Source: Escherichia coli
GTDB taxonomy: Bacteria; Pseudomonadota; Gammaproteobacteria; Enterobacterales; Enterobacteriaceae
DNA: 64,000 nucleotides
Assembly (NCBI RefSeq): GCF_003334385.1
Contig: NZ_QOWN01000005.1
Strand: one strand, 5' to 3'
In this document: positions 10,073 to 23,220 of the stretch, in pieces
Numbering within the stretch: the first letter of the stretch is position 1
How the letters are laid out: every line of letters begins with the position of its first letter
The notes under the pieces: generated by a model
Seen by the model: the letters and a program-made list of their open reading frames with translations, nothing else
Databases searched by the model: none
Told to the model about the DNA's origin: nothing
Made by a program: the position numbers and the translations under genes

Positions 10073-11371
10073 TTAACTAAGCGTTTTCTGCCAGACAAAA
10101 CTTACGCCATTCTCACCTTCAGCCACACCTTCTTGCGTCACAAATACCCCTGCCGCCGCAATCAGCGTTTCGCCATAAAACAGCAGTGGCGTGGTGTCAC
10201 GTAGCCACGGCGGCACGCCCAGCTCTTGCCAGATTTTCTTTAGCTTACGTCCGCCGTTACGCCCGACAATATGCAGCAATCCTGGCGCTTTGAAACGCAC
10301 GCTGACCGCTTCGTCTGCACGCGGAGGGCGAATATCGCCTCCCGCATTAAGCTGTACACTTCCCAGCCCCGCCGGTAATTCCAGCGGTTGAAGCCACGTC
10401 TGCCACGGCACAATGTTTTCGCTTTGCCCGGTGACGGATTTAATCCACCACAGTTGCGACTGATAGCGTCGGATTTCAAACGCGCCCAAACGTAAACAGG
10501 GTGAGGCATCTTCCCGCGCCAGCGCCACTTCCTGCCAGATCCTCACCAACGCGTCGCGGGAAGGCATCGGTGCATTCTGCCCTGCCAGCCAGCGGCGGAT
10601 AATCGCCGCGCGGCGGGCATCACTCATCGCCAGCATTGGCACAATCTGCAGCGTCCCCTGCGGCGATTGACAGTGTGCTAAATCATCTGCCAGCAGTTCA
10701 TCCAGCAGGCTCTCTTGTTCAGCACAAAGTGCGGCGCTGCGGGCCGTTGCTTCGGCAAAATGCGGCCAACGCTGCTGCAATAACGGCACTACGCGCAGGC
10801 GCAGAAAGTTACGATCGTATGAGTCGTCCTGATTACTTTCGTCTTCAATCCAGCGTAAATCATACTGACGCGCCCACTGCACCAGTTCCCCCCGCGTGCG
10901 GGCGAGCAACGGGCGAATAAGCCGCGTTCCGGCAAACTCCGAGACTTCCGCCATAGCCGAAAGCCCGGCAGGGCCACTGCCGCGTTTTAGCGCCAGCAGA
11001 AAGGTTTCACATTGATCGTCGAGATGTTGCGCGGTGACCAGCACTTCACCGGGCAACAAGGTGCGGGCAAATGCCTGATAACGTGCCTGCCGCGCCTGGG
11101 CCTCAATGCCCAGTCCTTCTTGCGCAAGTTGTACGCGTTCGACCACCAGCGGCACCTGCCACTGTTGGCAGACGTTTTCGCAATGCGTAACCCAGGCATC
11201 GGCATTGGCACTTAAACCGTGATGCACATGAATAGCGCGCAGAGCGACACCCGGATTTTCCGTCCGCCACTGCACCAACTGATGCAGCAGAACGGTGGAG
11301 TCAAGCCCGCCGCTAAAGGCCACCAGAATCTGGCGTGAGGTGAGAAGTTGTCTATTGAGCGTGAGTGTCAT
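10073..11371 (-). CDS. tilS: tRNA(Ile)-lysidine synthetase
   Basis: 432-aa ORF with PP-loop SGGxDS motif ([12 protein letters not shown]); recognised as TilS/MesJ. Confidence 0.95.
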
Positions 11372-11435
11372 GATGGTGCGATTTTACAGTAGCAATGCCC
11401 GGCACGTTACCGGGCAAATGCGGCGATGACAAGCC

Positions 11436-11825
11436 TTACTGCTCATACAGTTCCAACGGCAGCCCGTCCGGATCGTTAAAGAAGGTGAAGCGTTTTTGCG
11501 TGTATGGATCGACACGGATGGTTTCACACTTCACGTTATGGCTTTCAAGGTGCGCCACTGCCGCATCGATGTCATCAACGCTAAAAGCCAGATGACGCAG
11601 ACCGCAAGCTTCCGGTCGGCTGGGTCGTTCCGGCGGGAACGGAAATGAGAAAAGCTCAATCACATATTGCCCATTAAGCGCCAAATCCCCTTTCCATGAG
11701 TCGCGCGCTTCGCGATAGACTTCGCTTTGCAGCGTGAAACCAAGAATATCGCAGTAGAAAGCTTTGCTCACCGCATAATCCGTCGCAATAATCGCAATAT
11801 GGTGAACCTGTTTTAAACCCAGCAT
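11436..11825 (-). CDS. yaeR: VOC (glyoxalase-like) family protein YaeR
   Basis: Recognised as YaeR (129 aa from MLGLKQVHHIAIIATDY); the track ORF extends 9 codons upstream. ATG at 11825 verified. Confidence 0.88.
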   Translation of the reverse strand: MLGLKQVHHIAIIATDYAVSKAFYCDILGFTLQSEVYREARDSWKGDLALNGQYVIELFSFPFPPERPSRPEACGLRHLAFSVDDIDAAVAHLESHNVKCETIRVDPYTQKRFTFFNDPDGLPLELYEQ

Positions 11826-11881
11826 AACGTCTCCTTTATTTGTTAACAGCACGTTACTCGCCCGGAAGCCGCTCTGGCAAG

Positions 11882-14023
11882 TTATCCCGCCATTTTTAGG
11901 ACTCGTACGCGGTAAACGCCGTCTTCGTCCTGTTTCGCGCCGTGAATATCCGTTTCAAAACCGGGGTAATGTTGCCCGACGGAACAAAGCATCAGTAGAA
12001 AATCGAGTACTGTGCGGCTCTCTTTGGTCAGCATTTCTCCAGGCATCAACAGCGGTACGCCCGGTGGATAAGGCAGGATCATATTTGCCGATACTCTACC
12101 GACCAGTTGTTCCAGCGCAATGGTTTCTACTTCGCCTTTAATTTGTCGTTGCCATGCCTGATGTGGCGTCATGATCATCTCCGGCAAAGTATCGAATGCC
12201 CGCAACATCAAACCGGGAAGATCGTGTTTACGAATCAGCTTATGGATCCCTTGTGCCAGATCCTGAATACGCATATTGCGGTAGAAATCGGGATCTTCTG
12301 CATAGAGATCGGGTAGCATATTTTTGATCCGCAGGTTGAGATCGTAAGAGCGTTTGAATTCCGTCAACCCACGCAATAATCCCATTGCTTTGGTTTTATC
12401 GATGCCAATACTAAAGAGAAACAGCAGGTTATAAGGGCCGGTTTTCTCTACTACGATCCCACGTTCGTCGAGGAATTTTGCTACCAGCGCCGCCGGGATC
12501 CCCTCCTCGCTCATATTGCCCTGCTCGTCCATCCCCGGTGTCAAAATAGTGACTTTAACCGGATCGAGAAACATATGATCGGCATCCGCATCGTTAAAGC
12601 CGTGCCACTGTTCGCCAGGCGCAACGGGCCAGCATTCGGCTTCATCCACCTGCGGCGGTTGCCAGATATCGAAAAACCAACCGTCAGACTCTTCCCGCAG
12701 CCGCTGGACCTCTTTGCGAAAATGCAGAGCTCGTTCTACTGAACGGTTAATCAGCCGTTTGCCCGGATTACCACGCAGCATCGCCGCCGCCGTCTCAACC
12801 GAAGCAACAATGGGATAACTGGGCGAGGTGGTGGTATGCATCATAAAGGCTTCGTTAAAGGCCTCTTCGTCATACTCGCCTTTAATGTGGATCAGCGAAG
12901 CCTGCGATAACGCCGCCAGCATTTTGTGGGTCGATTGCGTTTCGAAGATCACTTTTCCCGCAACACGCTCGCCGCTCATACCACTTTTACCCTGGTAGAT
13001 CGGATGAAAATGGGTGTACGGCACCCAGGCAGAATCGAAGTGAATCGACGGGACATCCAGCGTCTGTTTGATCCAGTCGGTGTTGTAGAGCAAGCCATCA
13101 TAGGTGGAGTTGGTGATCACCGCATGAACCGGCCATTGTGCTTGCGTGGTAGCAGCGACTTTCTCTTCGATGCTGTCGCGAGTAAATTCACGGCGCGGGA
13201 TCCCACCAAGAATCCCCAACGCATTACGCGTCGGTTTCAGCCAGACTGGCACTACATCGTTCATCATCAACAGATGCGCCAGCGATTTATGACAATTGCG
13301 GTCGATCAACAGCGTACTGCCGGATGGCGCGGCGTACATACCCACAATTTTGTTCGACGTCGATGTTCCGTTGGTAACGATATAACTCTGTTCCGCGCCA
13401 AAAGTCCGCGCGATGTACTCTTCCGCTTCCAGGTGTGGCCCGGTGTGGTCGAGCAACGAACCAAGCTCGGTGACCGAAATAGAGACATCAGCCTTAAGAG
13501 TATTCCCGCCGAAAAAATCATAAAACAGACAGCCAACCGGGCTTTTTTGATATGCGGTGCCGCCCATATGCCCCGGCGTACAAAAGGTGTACTTCCGCTC
13601 TTTGACGTAGGTAAACAAGGCTTTCGTGAACGGCGGTGTAATGTTATCAAGATATTCGTCGGTGTACTGACGCATACGAATGGCGATATCTTCCGCCTGC
13701 CCCAGCGCATATTCAAAAAACCAGAGCGCCATCCGCATATCCTGCACGCTGACATCCATCGTCGAGTGGGTGTTGATGAAGGCATAAAGCGGGAGATATT
13801 CATTAAGCTGATTGATATCGCTACATAAATCGAGACTGTACTCATCCCAGTCAAAAATCACGCCGCAAATTCGAGGGTTATGTTCGATAAATTTCAGCAA
13901 ATCAACGCTGTTTTGTGGCCAGATAATCTGAAAGCCTTGCGCCACCAGCGCCGACTCCAGTTCTTTGATGGGCTCATCTTTATAAAAGACGCCATGCGGT
14001 CCCATAATGGCAATGATGTTCAT
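11882..14023 (-). CDS. ldcC: constitutive lysine decarboxylase
   Basis: 713-aa ORF starting MNIIAIMGPHGVFYKDEPIKELESAL, the LdcC rather than CadA N-terminus. Confidence 0.95.
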   Translation of the reverse strand: MNIIAIMGPHGVFYKDEPIKELESALVAQGFQIIWPQNSVDLLKFIEHNPRICGVIFDWDEYSLDLCSDINQLNEYLPLYAFINTHSTMDVSVQDMRMALWFFEYALGQAEDIAIRMRQYTDEYLDNITPPFTKALFTYVKERKYTFCTPGHMGGTAYQKSPVGCLFYDFFGGNTLKADVSISVTELGSLLDHTGPHLEAEEYIARTFGAEQSYIVTNGTSTSNKIVGMYAAPSGSTLLIDRNCHKSLAHLLMMNDVVPVWLKPTRNALGILGGIPRREFTRDSIEEKVAATTQAQWPVHAVITNSTYDGLLYNTDWIKQTLDVPSIHFDSAWVPYTHFHPIYQGKSGMSGERVAGKVIFETQSTHKMLAALSQASLIHIKGEYDEEAFNEAFMMHTTTSPSYPIVASVETAAAMLRGNPGKRLINRSVERALHFRKEVQRLREESDGWFFDIWQPPQVDEAECWPVAPGEQWHGFNDADADHMFLDPVKVTILTPGMDEQGNMSEEGIPAALVAKFLDERGIVVEKTGPYNLLFLFSIGIDKTKAMGLLRGLTEFKRSYDLNLRIKNMLPDLYAEDPDFYRNMRIQDLAQGIHKLIRKHDLPGLMLRAFDTLPEMIMTPHQAWQRQIKGEVETIALEQLVGRVSANMILPYPPGVPLLMPGEMLTKESRTVLDFLLMLCSVGQHYPGFETDIHGAKQDEDGVYRVRVLKMAG

Positions 14024-14074
14024 GTGTTCCTCCTGGAAAATCCTTCCTTAATCATAGCCTGCTCAAACCGTGGC

Positions 14075-14106
14075 GATAAAAAAGGGCCACCGAAGTGACC
14101 CTTTTT
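14075..14106 (-). terminator. hairpin terminator downstream of accA (A-tract/T-tract flanked, possibly bidirectional)
   Basis: Hairpin AGGGCCAC-CGAA-GTGACCCT with one mismatch, flanked by A6 on one side and T5 on the other. Confidence 0.6.
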
Positions 14107-14121
14107 CAGAACTTTTGCGAA

Positions 14122-15081
14122 TTACGCGTAACCGTAGCTCATCAGGCGCTGATAACGACGATTTTTTAAATCTTCAGTGCTTAACACGTCGAGATCGGCC
14201 AGATCCGCCAGCAGTTGCGCTTTCAACGATGCCGCCATCGCTTCCGGGTTACGGTGAGCACCACCCAGTGGTTCCGGGATGATGGAGTCGATCAGTTTCA
14301 GTTCTTTCAGACGCGGAGCAATGATACCCATCGCTTCAGCCGCCAGCGGCGCTTTGTCGGCGCTCTTCCACAGAATGGACGCACAACCTTCCGGCGAGAT
14401 AACGGAATAGGTGCTGTATTGCAGCATATTCACTTTATCGCCCACGCCAATCGCCAGCGCACCGCCAGAACCACCTTCACCGATAACCGTACAAACTACC
14501 GGTACGCCGAGGCGAGACATTTCACGCAGGTTGCGTGCAATGGCTTCAGACTGACCACGCTCTTCTGCGCCCACGCCAGGATAAGCCCCCGGGGTGTCGA
14601 TAAAGGTGATGATAGGCATCTTAAAGCGTTCAGCCATTTGCATCAGACGCAGTGCTTTGCGGTAACCTTCTGGCGCTGGCATACCAAAGTTACGGCGAAT
14701 TTTTTCTTTGGTTTCACGACCTTTTTGATGACCAATGATCATCACCGGACGACCATCGAGACGGGCGATACCACCGACGATAGCTTTATCGTCTGCATAC
14801 GCGCGGTCGCCAGCCAGTTCGTCAAATTCATCAAATGCCAGGCGAACGTAATCCAGGGTATAAGGACGCTGTGGATGGCGTGCCAGTTGCGCAATCTGCC
14901 ATGCACCGAGATCGGCGAAGATTTTACGTGTCAGTTCTACGCTTTTTTCACGCAGACGATGCACTTCTTCATCGATGTTAATATCCAGTTTCTCATCCTG
15001 ACGGCTAACCGCAGTCAGAGAATCGATTTTCGCTTCCAGCTCTGCAATCGGCTGTTCAAAATCAAGGAAATTCAGACTCAT
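14122..15081 (-). CDS. accA: acetyl-CoA carboxylase carboxyltransferase alpha subunit
   Basis: 319-aa ORF starting [22 protein letters not shown]; recognised as AccA. Confidence 0.96.
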   Translation of the reverse strand: MSLNFLDFEQPIAELEAKIDSLTAVSRQDEKLDINIDEEVHRLREKSVELTRKIFADLGAWQIAQLARHPQRPYTLDYVRLAFDEFDELAGDRAYADDKAIVGGIARLDGRPVMIIGHQKGRETKEKIRRNFGMPAPEGYRKALRLMQMAERFKMPIITFIDTPGAYPGVGAEERGQSEAIARNLREMSRLGVPVVCTVIGEGGSGGALAIGVGDKVNMLQYSTYSVISPEGCASILWKSADKAPLAAEAMGIIAPRLKELKLIDSIIPEPLGGAHRNPEAMAASLKAQLLADLADLDVLSTEDLKNRRYQRLMSYGYA

Positions 15082-15093
15082 AGTATTCCTGTA

Positions 15094-18000
15094 TTAGTCA
15101 AACTCCAGTTCCACCTGCTCCGAACCAATGAGGCCACGGAGATCGTTTAATAAACGATCGCTCGGAGAGACACGCCACGTCGCGCCAAAACGCAACCGCG
15201 CGCGTGCATCCGCCCTCTGATAGTAGAGATGTACTGGAATTGTCCCAGAGCGGTGGGGTTCCAGAGACTGACGGAGTCGGTTTAAAAGCTGGTCATCAAT
15301 TTGCCTGTCCGTCAGCGAGATAGCAAGCCCGCGAGCATATTTTTCCCGGGCTTCGTCAATATCCATCACTTCGCGAGCGGTCATTTTAAGCCCACCGCTG
15401 AAGTCATCAAAGCTGACCTGTCCGCTGACGATAAGTATGCGGTCTTTTTCCAGCAATTGCTGGTATTTATCCAGGGCGTCAGTAAACAACATCACTTCCA
15501 GCCGCCCGGAACGGTCATCCAGCGTGCAGATACCGATACGATTGCCGCGCTTGGTGACCATAACCCGCGCGGCAACAACGAGCCCCGCAGCCGTGATGAC
15601 TTTACCACGTTCTGTCGGGTGCATGTCTTTCAGCCTTACGCCTCCGACATAACGCTCAATCTCTTTTAAATACTGGTTGATAGGGTGTCCGGTCAGGTAC
15701 AGGCCTAACGTTTCACGTTCCCCATCTAATACCACCTGCTCCGGCCACGGTTGGCAGCTGGCGTAGGATTGTTCAATTTGTTCCGGCTCTTCGGCCAGCA
15801 CGCCGAACATATCGGCCTGACCGATAGCTTCCGCTTTCGCGTGTTGATCTGCCGCTTTTAACGCATCGCCCAGCGAGTTCATCAGCGCTGCGCGATGTGG
15901 CCCAAGACGGTCAAACGCCCCGGACATGATCAGTTTTTCCAGCACGCGACGGTTCAACTTTTTGGTGTCGGTACGGGCGCAGAGATCAAACAGTTCGCGG
16001 AAGTAGCCGCCTTTATTACGGGCTTCGATGATGGCCTCAATCGGACCTTCACCGACCCCTTTGATCGCGCCAATACCATACACGATTTCGCCGTCGTCGT
16101 TGACGTGGAAATGGTAAAGACCGGAGTTTATATCTGGTGGCAGGATTTTCAGCCCCATCCGCCAGCACTCATCCACCAGACCCACCACCTTCTCGGTGTT
16201 GTCCATATCGGCGGTCATTACCGCCGCCATAAACTCCGCAGGATAGTGCGCTTTCAGCCATAACGTTTGATATGACACCAAAGCATAGGCCGCAGAGTGC
16301 GATTTGTTAAATCCGTAACCAGCGAATTTCTCCACCAGGTCGAAGATTTTCATCGCCAGTTCAGCGTTGATTCCGTTCTTTTCTGCACCTTCAGCAAATA
16401 CAGAACGTTGCTTAGCCATCTCTTCCGGCTTTTTCTTACCCATCGCACGACGCAGCATATCCGCGCCACCGAGGGTATAACCAGAAAGCACCTGCGCAAT
16501 CTGCATGACCTGTTCCTGATACAGGATAATGCCGTAGGTTGGCTCCAGTACCGGTTTCAGGCTTTCATGCTGCCACTGTACGTCCGGATAGGAGATCTCT
16601 TCACGACCATGTTTACGGTCGATAAAGTTATCCACCATCCCTGATTGCAACGGACCGGGGCGGAACAGTGCCACTAGGGCGATCATATCTTCGAAGCAGT
16701 CAGGTTGTAGACGCTTGATCAGGTCCTTCATGCCGCGCGATTCAAGCTGGAATACCGCCGTGGTTTCCGAGCGTTGCAGCATGTCGAAGCTTTTCTTATC
16801 ATCCAGCGGGATCGCAGCGATATCCAGCGGCGGCTCGCCATTCTTCGCCCGCCGCTTGTTGATCATCTCCAGCGCCCAGTTGATGATGGTGAGCGTACGC
16901 AAACCAAGGAAGTCGAACTTCACCAGTCCGGCGTATTCAACGTCGCTTTTATCAAACTGGGTGACCGGATGTTTGCCCTCTTCATCGCAGTAAAGCGGCG
17001 CAAAATCGGTAATTTTGGTCGGCGCGATAACCACCCCACCGGCGTGCTTACCGGCGTTACGGGTGACCCCTTCCAGTTTGCGCGCCATGTCGATCAGCGC
17101 CTTAACTTCTTCATCCGCTTCGTAGATTTCCGGCAGCTGCGGCTCGGCTTCAAACGCTTTCGCCAGCGTCATCCCCGGATCGGGCGGGATCAGTTTCGAG
17201 ATACGATCGACAAAGCCGTACGGATGCCCCAGCACGCGGCCTACGTCGCGGATCACCGCTTTCGCCGCCATTGTACCGAAGGTGATGATCTGCGATACCG
17301 CATCACGACCGTACATGTCCGCTACGTGCTCGATAACCTGATCGCGTTTCTCCATACAGAAGTCAACGTCGAAGTCAGGCATGGAGACACGTTCCGGGTT
17401 AAGGAAACGTTCGAACAGCAGGTCAAATTCCAGCGGATCGAGGTCGGTGATTTTCAGCGCGTAGGCCACCAGTGAACCCGCACCGGAGCCACGGCCTGGC
17501 CCTACCGGTACGCCGTTATCTTTCGACCACTGGATAAATTCCATAACGATGAGGAAGTAGCCCGGGAAGCCCATCTGGTTGATAACCTGAAGTTCAGTCT
17601 CCAGACGTTCGTCATATTCCGGGCGGCGCTTAAGACGTTCTTCCTCATCAGGGAATAAAAAGGCCAGACGCTCTTCCAGGCCCTCTTTTGCACGCTTGAC
17701 CAGATAATCTTCGGTGCTCATGTCCCCGGTCGGGAACTGCGGCAGGAAGTATTCACCAAGACGCACGGTTACGTTACAGCGTTTGGCGATCTCAACGGTG
17801 TTGGCAAGGGCTTCGGGGATGTCGGCAAACAGCTCACACATCTCCTCTTCGCTACGCATATATTGCTGCGGCGAATAGTTACGCGGGCGTTTAGGATCGT
17901 CGAGGGTAAAGCCGTCGTGGATCGCGACGCGGATTTCGTGTGCGTCAAAGTCGCTGCTGTCGATAAAGCGCACGTCGTTGGTCGCCACGACGGGCAAACC

Positions 18001-18576
18001 GCGCGCTTCCGCCAGTTCCACCGCCGCGTGCAGATAGCTTTCTTCATCCGGCCTGCCGGTGCGGATCAGCTCGAGAAAATAGCGATCCGGGAAGTGTTCT
18101 TCATAAAACGCGACACACTCATCTACCAGCGCGCTGTTACCACGCAAAAGACTGCGTCCGACGTCGCCCATGCGTCCGCCGGAAAGAAGGATCAACCCTT
18201 CGTTTAATTCGATAAGCCAGTCGCGATCGATGATCGGCCCGGCGGCACCGTACCCGCGCTGATACGCTTTTGAGATCAGCAACGTCAGATTCTGATAGCC
18301 GGTATTGTTCGCCGCCAGTACCGTCAGGTGGGTTAACTCATCACCCAGCAGGTCGCACTGGACGTTAAAATCTGCCCCGACGATAGGCTTAATCCCTGCG
18401 CCATGTCCCGCTCCGTAGAACTTCACCAGACCACAAAGGTTGGTGAAATCGGTGATCGCCAGTGCTGGCATACCCAACGCCGCCGCCTTTTTTACCAACG
18501 GTGCGGTTTTGGCCAGGCCATCGATCATCGAGTAGTCGCTGTGCACCCGCAGGTGTACGAAACGTGGTTCAGACAT
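15094..18576 (-). CDS. dnaE: DNA polymerase III alpha subunit
   Basis: 1160-aa ORF starting [23 protein letters not shown] (PHP domain); recognised as DnaE. Confidence 0.97.
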   Translation of the reverse strand: MSEPRFVHLRVHSDYSMIDGLAKTAPLVKKAAALGMPALAITDFTNLCGLVKFYGAGHGAGIKPIVGADFNVQCDLLGDELTHLTVLAANNTGYQNLTLLISKAYQRGYGAAGPIIDRDWLIELNEGLILLSGGRMGDVGRSLLRGNSALVDECVAFYEEHFPDRYFLELIRTGRPDEESYLHAAVELAEARGLPVVATNDVRFIDSSDFDAHEIRVAIHDGFTLDDPKRPRNYSPQQYMRSEEEMCELFADIPEALANTVEIAKRCNVTVRLGEYFLPQFPTGDMSTEDYLVKRAKEGLEERLAFLFPDEEERLKRRPEYDERLETELQVINQMGFPGYFLIVMEFIQWSKDNGVPVGPGRGSGAGSLVAYALKITDLDPLEFDLLFERFLNPERVSMPDFDVDFCMEKRDQVIEHVADMYGRDAVSQIITFGTMAAKAVIRDVGRVLGHPYGFVDRISKLIPPDPGMTLAKAFEAEPQLPEIYEADEEVKALIDMARKLEGVTRNAGKHAGGVVIAPTKITDFAPLYCDEEGKHPVTQFDKSDVEYAGLVKFDFLGLRTLTIINWALEMINKRRAKNGEPPLDIAAIPLDDKKSFDMLQRSETTAVFQLESRGMKDLIKRLQPDCFEDMIALVALFRPGPLQSGMVDNFIDRKHGREEISYPDVQWQHESLKPVLEPTYGIILYQEQVMQIAQVLSGYTLGGADMLRRAMGKKKPEEMAKQRSVFAEGAEKNGINAELAMKIFDLVEKFAGYGFNKSHSAAYALVSYQTLWLKAHYPAEFMAAVMTADMDNTEKVVGLVDECWRMGLKILPPDINSGLYHFHVNDDGEIVYGIGAIKGVGEGPIEAIIEARNKGGYFRELFDLCARTDTKKLNRRVLEKLIMSGAFDRLGPHRAALMNSLGDALKAADQHAKAEAIGQADMFGVLAEEPEQIEQSYASCQPWPEQVVLDGERETLGLYLTGHPINQYLKEIERYVGGVRLKDMHPTERGKVITAAGLVVAARVMVTKRGNRIGICTLDDRSGRLEVMLFTDALDKYQQLLEKDRILIVSGQVSFDDFSGGLKMTAREVMDIDEAREKYARGLAISLTDRQIDDQLLNRLRQSLEPHRSGTIPVHLYYQRADARARLRFGATWRVSPSDRLLNDLRGLIGSEQVELEFD

Positions 18577-18612
18577 CTTCAGATTCCGGTTTACTTAATC
18601 TCGACACAAGAA

Positions 18613-19209
18613 TCAGGACGCAAGTCCCAGTGCGCGTTTGACAGGCCCAAAGCTGCGCCGATGGTGTTCGGTCGCGCCGTGTTCAGCCAGTTTTTCCAGA
18701 TGAAAAGCGGTTGGGTACCCTTTGTGTTGGGCAAAACCATATTGCGGGAAAACAATATCCAGCGCCGCCATTTCGGCGTCACGCGTCACTTTCGCCAGGA
18801 TAGACGCGGCACTGATTTCCGGTACGCGGCTATCGCCTTTCACCACAGCCATCGCAGGCATCGATAATTTCGGGCAGCGGTTACCATCAATCAACACATA
18901 TTCCGGCGCAATATGCAGCCCAGCGACGGCACGCTGCATCGCCAGCATGGTCGCATGAAGAATGTTCAGCTCGTCGATTTCGTGGGGTTCCGCGCGGCCC
19001 AGACTCCAGCTCAACGCTTTCTCTTTGATCTCTTCATAGAGCGCCAGACGGCGTTTTTCGCTCAGCTTTTTGGAATCATTCAGCCCGGCAATCGGGCGCG
19101 CCGGGTCAAGGATCACCGCAGCGGTGACGACCGCGCCAACTAACGGCCCGCGTCCGACTTCATCCACACCCGCAACCAGCTGCGTGTGCGGATAAACAAA
19201 TTCGATCAT
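18613..19209 (-). CDS. rnhB: ribonuclease HII
   Basis: 198-aa ORF starting [28 protein letters not shown]; recognised as RnhB. Confidence 0.96.
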   Translation of the reverse strand: MIEFVYPHTQLVAGVDEVGRGPLVGAVVTAAVILDPARPIAGLNDSKKLSEKRRLALYEEIKEKALSWSLGRAEPHEIDELNILHATMLAMQRAVAGLHIAPEYVLIDGNRCPKLSMPAMAVVKGDSRVPEISAASILAKVTRDAEMAALDIVFPQYGFAQHKGYPTAFHLEKLAEHGATEHHRRSFGPVKRALGLAS

Positions 19210-20354
19210 TGTGCTAACTCCAGAACGGCTTGTGCCGCCTGCTCATCGGCATTGCAGCGGATCTGCTGATGCAGTTCACGGAAGGTATCGTGCATCGCGT
19301 GGCTGGTTTTCCCGTTCGCCAACAGCGGTAACAGCGCCGCAGCCAGTTTTTGCGGCTCACACTCTTCCTGCAATAATTCTTTGACTAACTCTCTGCCCGC
19401 CAGCAGATTTGGCAGCGAGACATAATCAGTTTTCACCAGCCGCTTCGCCAACCAGAAGGTAAAAGGCTTCATGCGATATCCCACCACCATCGGGCATTTC
19501 GCCAGCATACACTCCAGGGCTGCCGTACCCGACGCCAGTAGCGCCGCATCGCTGGCGACCATCGCCTCACGGCCCATCCCATCCAGCAAATGAACTGAAA
19601 GGTCTGGCGCGACTTCAGCTTTGATGCGTTCAAACTGCTCGCGGCGTTTGGCATTCACCAGTGGCACCACAATTTCGAGATCCGGATATGTCTGGCGCAA
19701 AAGCTGGGCCGTTTTCAGGAAATCGGCACTAAGCATTTCAACTTCTGCACCACGGCTCCCCGGTAGCAACGCCAGGCAGTGGGCATCGTGAGGGATCCCC
19801 AGCACATCACGGGCGGCATTTTTATCTGGATCTAATGGCATGGCATCAGCCATGGTATGACCGATAAAGCGGCACGGTACGTTGTATTTGTCATAAAACG
19901 CTTTTTCGAAAGGCAGAAATGCGAGCACCAGATCGGTGGCTCTGCCTATTTTGAAAACACGTTTCTGTCGCCACGCCCAGACTGACGGACTGACGTAATG
20001 AATGGTTTTGATACCCTGCTTTTTGAGGTTACCTTCAAGAGTAATATTGAAGTCAGGCGCATCAATACCAACAAAAACATCTGGCTTCAGTTCGCCAAAA
20101 CGCTTTGTCAGATCGGCACGAATATGCAGTAAGCGACGCAGACGACCGAGCACTTCAACAATGCCCATCACCGCCAGTTCTTCCATTTCGTACCAGGCTT
20201 CGCAGCCTTCAGCCTGCATTCGTGGCCCGGCAACACCAACAAAGCGGGCGTTGGGCACATGTTCTTTCAGAGCGCGGATTAAACCGGCCCCCAGGATATC
20301 GCCGGAGGTTTCTCCGGCGACCAGGGCAATCGTTAATGGACGCTGTTCAGTCAT
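19206..20354 (-). CDS. lpxB: lipid-A-disaccharide synthase
   Basis: 382-aa ORF starting [29 protein letters not shown]; recognised as LpxB. Its 3' end overlaps the rnhB start by 4 nt. Confidence 0.96.
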
Positions 20355-21142
20355 TAACGAATCAGACCGCGCGTTGAGCGTGCAAAGAAATCGGTAAAGG
20401 CTTTCACTTCCGGATATGTTTCCGCCAGTTCAGCAATTTCCGGTTTCACTTCATCGAGCGTTTTACCGCTACGATAAATCAGCTTATACGCATTGCGGAT
20501 AGCGGTAATCGCCTCACGGCTGAATCCGCGGCGCTTCAGCCCTTCGATATTGACACCGAACGGCGTTGCGTGGTTACCCTGCGCAATGACATAAGGAGGG
20601 ACGTCCTGCGCCACACCGGAGCAGCCGCCAACCATCACGTGCGCACCAATGATGCAGAACTGATGGACTGCGGTCATGCCGCCGATGATCGCGAAGTCGT
20701 CAACCGATACGTGACCCGCCAGCGTTGCGTTGTTGGCGAGAATACAGCGGTTACCTACCGTACAATCGTGCGCAATGTGCGCGTTGATCATCAGTAAGTT
20801 GTCGCTGCCCACCTTCGTCAATCCACCGCCCTGGACTGTGCCACGATGAATGGTGACGCTTTCGCGAATGCGGTTACGATCGCCGATTTCCACACGGGTC
20901 GGTTCGCCAGCATATTTCAGATCCTGGTTAACTTCGCCGATGGAGGCGAACTGATAAATCTCATTATCGCGGCCAATTTTAGTATGACCATTCACGACAA
21001 CGTGAGATTTCAGTACGGTACCCTCACCAATTTCGACATGGGGTCCAACGATACAAAAAGGACCAATGTGTGCGTTCGCGCCAATTGACGCGCCCTCTTC
21101 CACAATGGCGGTTGGATGCACAAAGGCGGATTTATCAATCAC
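20354..21142 (-). CDS. lpxA: UDP-N-acetylglucosamine O-acyltransferase
   Basis: 262-aa hexapeptide-repeat protein starting [30 protein letters not shown]; recognised as LpxA. Stop and lpxB start overlap by 1 nt (TAATG). Confidence 0.96.
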
Positions 21143-21145
21143 GTA

Positions 21146-21601
21146 TCAGGCCTCCCGGCTACGAGCACACATCATCGTTGCTTCGCAAACTACTTTACCA
21201 TCGACCAGAGCAACCCCTTTAAAACGGGTCAGGCCGCGGCGCGTTTTTTCGAAAGTGACTTCCATGATCATTTGATCGCCAGGCACGACCGGGCGCTTGA
21301 AGCGCGCTTCGTCAATACCAGCGAAGTAGTACAGCTCACCCGGTTCCAGTTTTCCTACGCTTTTAAACGCCAGAATACCTGTTGCCTGTGCCATTGCTTC
21401 CAGAATCAGCACACCCGGGAAAATCGGTTTTCCAGGGAAATGGCCCTGGAAGAATGGCTCATTGACAGAGACATTTTTTACTGCGCGCAGAAAACGACCT
21501 TCTTCAAAATCCAGCACGCGATCCACCAGTAAGAACGGGAAACGGTGCGGCAGAAGTTCTAAAATCTCTTCAATCTGCAGAGTATGAGTGTTAGTAGTCA
21601 A
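21146..21601 (-). CDS. fabZ: 3-hydroxyacyl-ACP dehydratase FabZ
   Basis: Recognised as FabZ (151 aa, [28 protein letters not shown]). Start assigned to the TTG at 21599-21601 (verified); the track ORF extends 31 codons further upstream. Confidence 0.9.
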
Positions 21602-21705
21602 GATACTCTTCCTGTCAAAATATAAGAAACGACAATAATAACACGGCCTGCCGCAATCGTAAGAATGAGACAGGCCGTAAAGTTTGGCGAACAAAAGATG
21701 GAACG

Positions 21706-22731
21706 TTAGTCTTGTTGATTAACCTTGCGCTCAAGCGATTTCAGACGCTTGCTCATGTCATCAATGTTCATCACCAGTGCAGCGGTTTTGCGCCAGACTT
21801 TGTTGGGTTGCAGCGGAATGCCTGAGGAATAGACGCCTGGTTCAGTGATGGGACGCATCACCATACCCATGCCCGTAACCGTCACTTTGTCGCATATTTC
21901 CATATGCCCGTTGATTACGCTGGCTCCGCCGATCATGCAGTAACGACCAATTTTCAGGCTGCCCGCCATAATGACGCCACCGGCAACCGCCGTATTGTCG
22001 CCAATCACGACGTTATGTGCAATCTGGCACTGGTTATCAATGATCACGCCATTGCCAATAATAGTGTCATCCAGCGCGCCGCGATCGATGGTTGTGCAGG
22101 CACCGATCTCCACGCGATCGCCAATAATTACGCGACCAATCTGTGGGATCTTCACCCAGTTACCACGATCGTTGGCATAACCAAAGCCGTCTGCGCCTAC
22201 CACTGTTCCGGACTGGATCAGGCAATTCTGACCGATCTGGATCTCATGGTAAATGGTTACGTTCGCCCAGAGACGCGAACCTGCACCGATTTTGCTGTTT
22301 TTACCTACGAAGCAACCGGCACCGATAATCACGTTATCGCCCAGTTCAACGCCGGACTCAATCACCGCGTTAGCGCCAATCGATACGTTGTTACCCAGCT
22401 TCGCCGTCGCGTCGATCACCGCACTGGGTGCAATGTTCTGCGCGGGCTGCGGCGTGGTATCTAAAATTTGCGCCATGCGCGCGTAAGTCAGGTAGGGATT
22501 CTTCACTACCAGTGCGGCACTTTTCGCGAAAGGAAGATCGTCCTGGGTCATGACAACCGCGGACGCCTGGCACAAGCCTAAATGCTCACGGTATTTTGGG
22601 TTAACCATGAACGTAATGTGACCTGTTTGTGCAGATTGCATGGACGCAACGCCGGTGATGACGATATCGCCATCACCGTGTAGTTCTGCATCCAACTGCT
22701 GCGCTAAATCAGCCAGTCGAATTGAAGGCAT
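21706..22731 (-). CDS. lpxD: UDP-3-O-(3-hydroxymyristoyl)glucosamine N-acyltransferase
   Basis: 341-aa hexapeptide-repeat protein starting [31 protein letters not shown]; recognised as LpxD. Confidence 0.96.
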
Positions 22732-22734
22732 TAC

Positions 22735-23220
22735 TTATTTAACCTGTTTCAGTACGTCGGCAGTGATGTCTTTTACATCGCTGCTGTTGTAAGCAACGGC
22801 GTTTGCATCAACAACCAGATCGATATCCTGGCTGTTGGCAACGGATTTCACAGCAGTCTGGATACGAGTAACCAGTTTGCCGCGTTCTTCGTTGGAACGA
22901 CGTGCGCGATCCTGCTCAAAAGCCTGCGCTTTCTGAGCAAAAGTCTGGCGCTGAGCCATCACGTCTTTTTCCAGCTTAGTGCGATCGCTGCCCGCTTTCA
23001 TGGACTGCAGCTTTTTCATTTTAGCCTGCAGATCGGTTTCCATACGCTGCAGTTCGCTGGCACGGCCTTTGAACTCATTTTCCAGCGTGTTAGAAACACC
23101 GGTTTTCTGCGCTACCTGCTGGAACAGGCTGCCCATGTTGACGATTGCAATTTTGTCAGCCGCCTGAGCAGAAGTTGCCAGTGCTAAACCGAGACCTGCA
23201 GCTAATAACCACTTTTTCAC
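22735..23220 (-). CDS. skp: periplasmic chaperone Skp (OmpH)
   Basis: 161-aa ORF starting [35 protein letters not shown]; recognised as Skp. Confidence 0.96.
   Translation of the reverse strand: MKKWLLAAGLGLALATSAQAADKIAIVNMGSLFQQVAQKTGVSNTLENEFKGRASELQRMETDLQAKMKKLQSMKAGSDRTKLEKDVMAQRQTFAQKAQAFEQDRARRSNEERGKLVTRIQTAVKSVANSQDIDLVVDANAVAYNSSDVKDITADVLKQVK

Noticed and set aside
12926-15150. Long antisense ORFs inside ldcC (12926-13828, 300 aa) and accA (14215-15150, 311 aa)
   Set aside because: They sit opposite confidently identified genes, have no recognisable motifs, and show arginine/histidine-rich composition typical of antisense translation.
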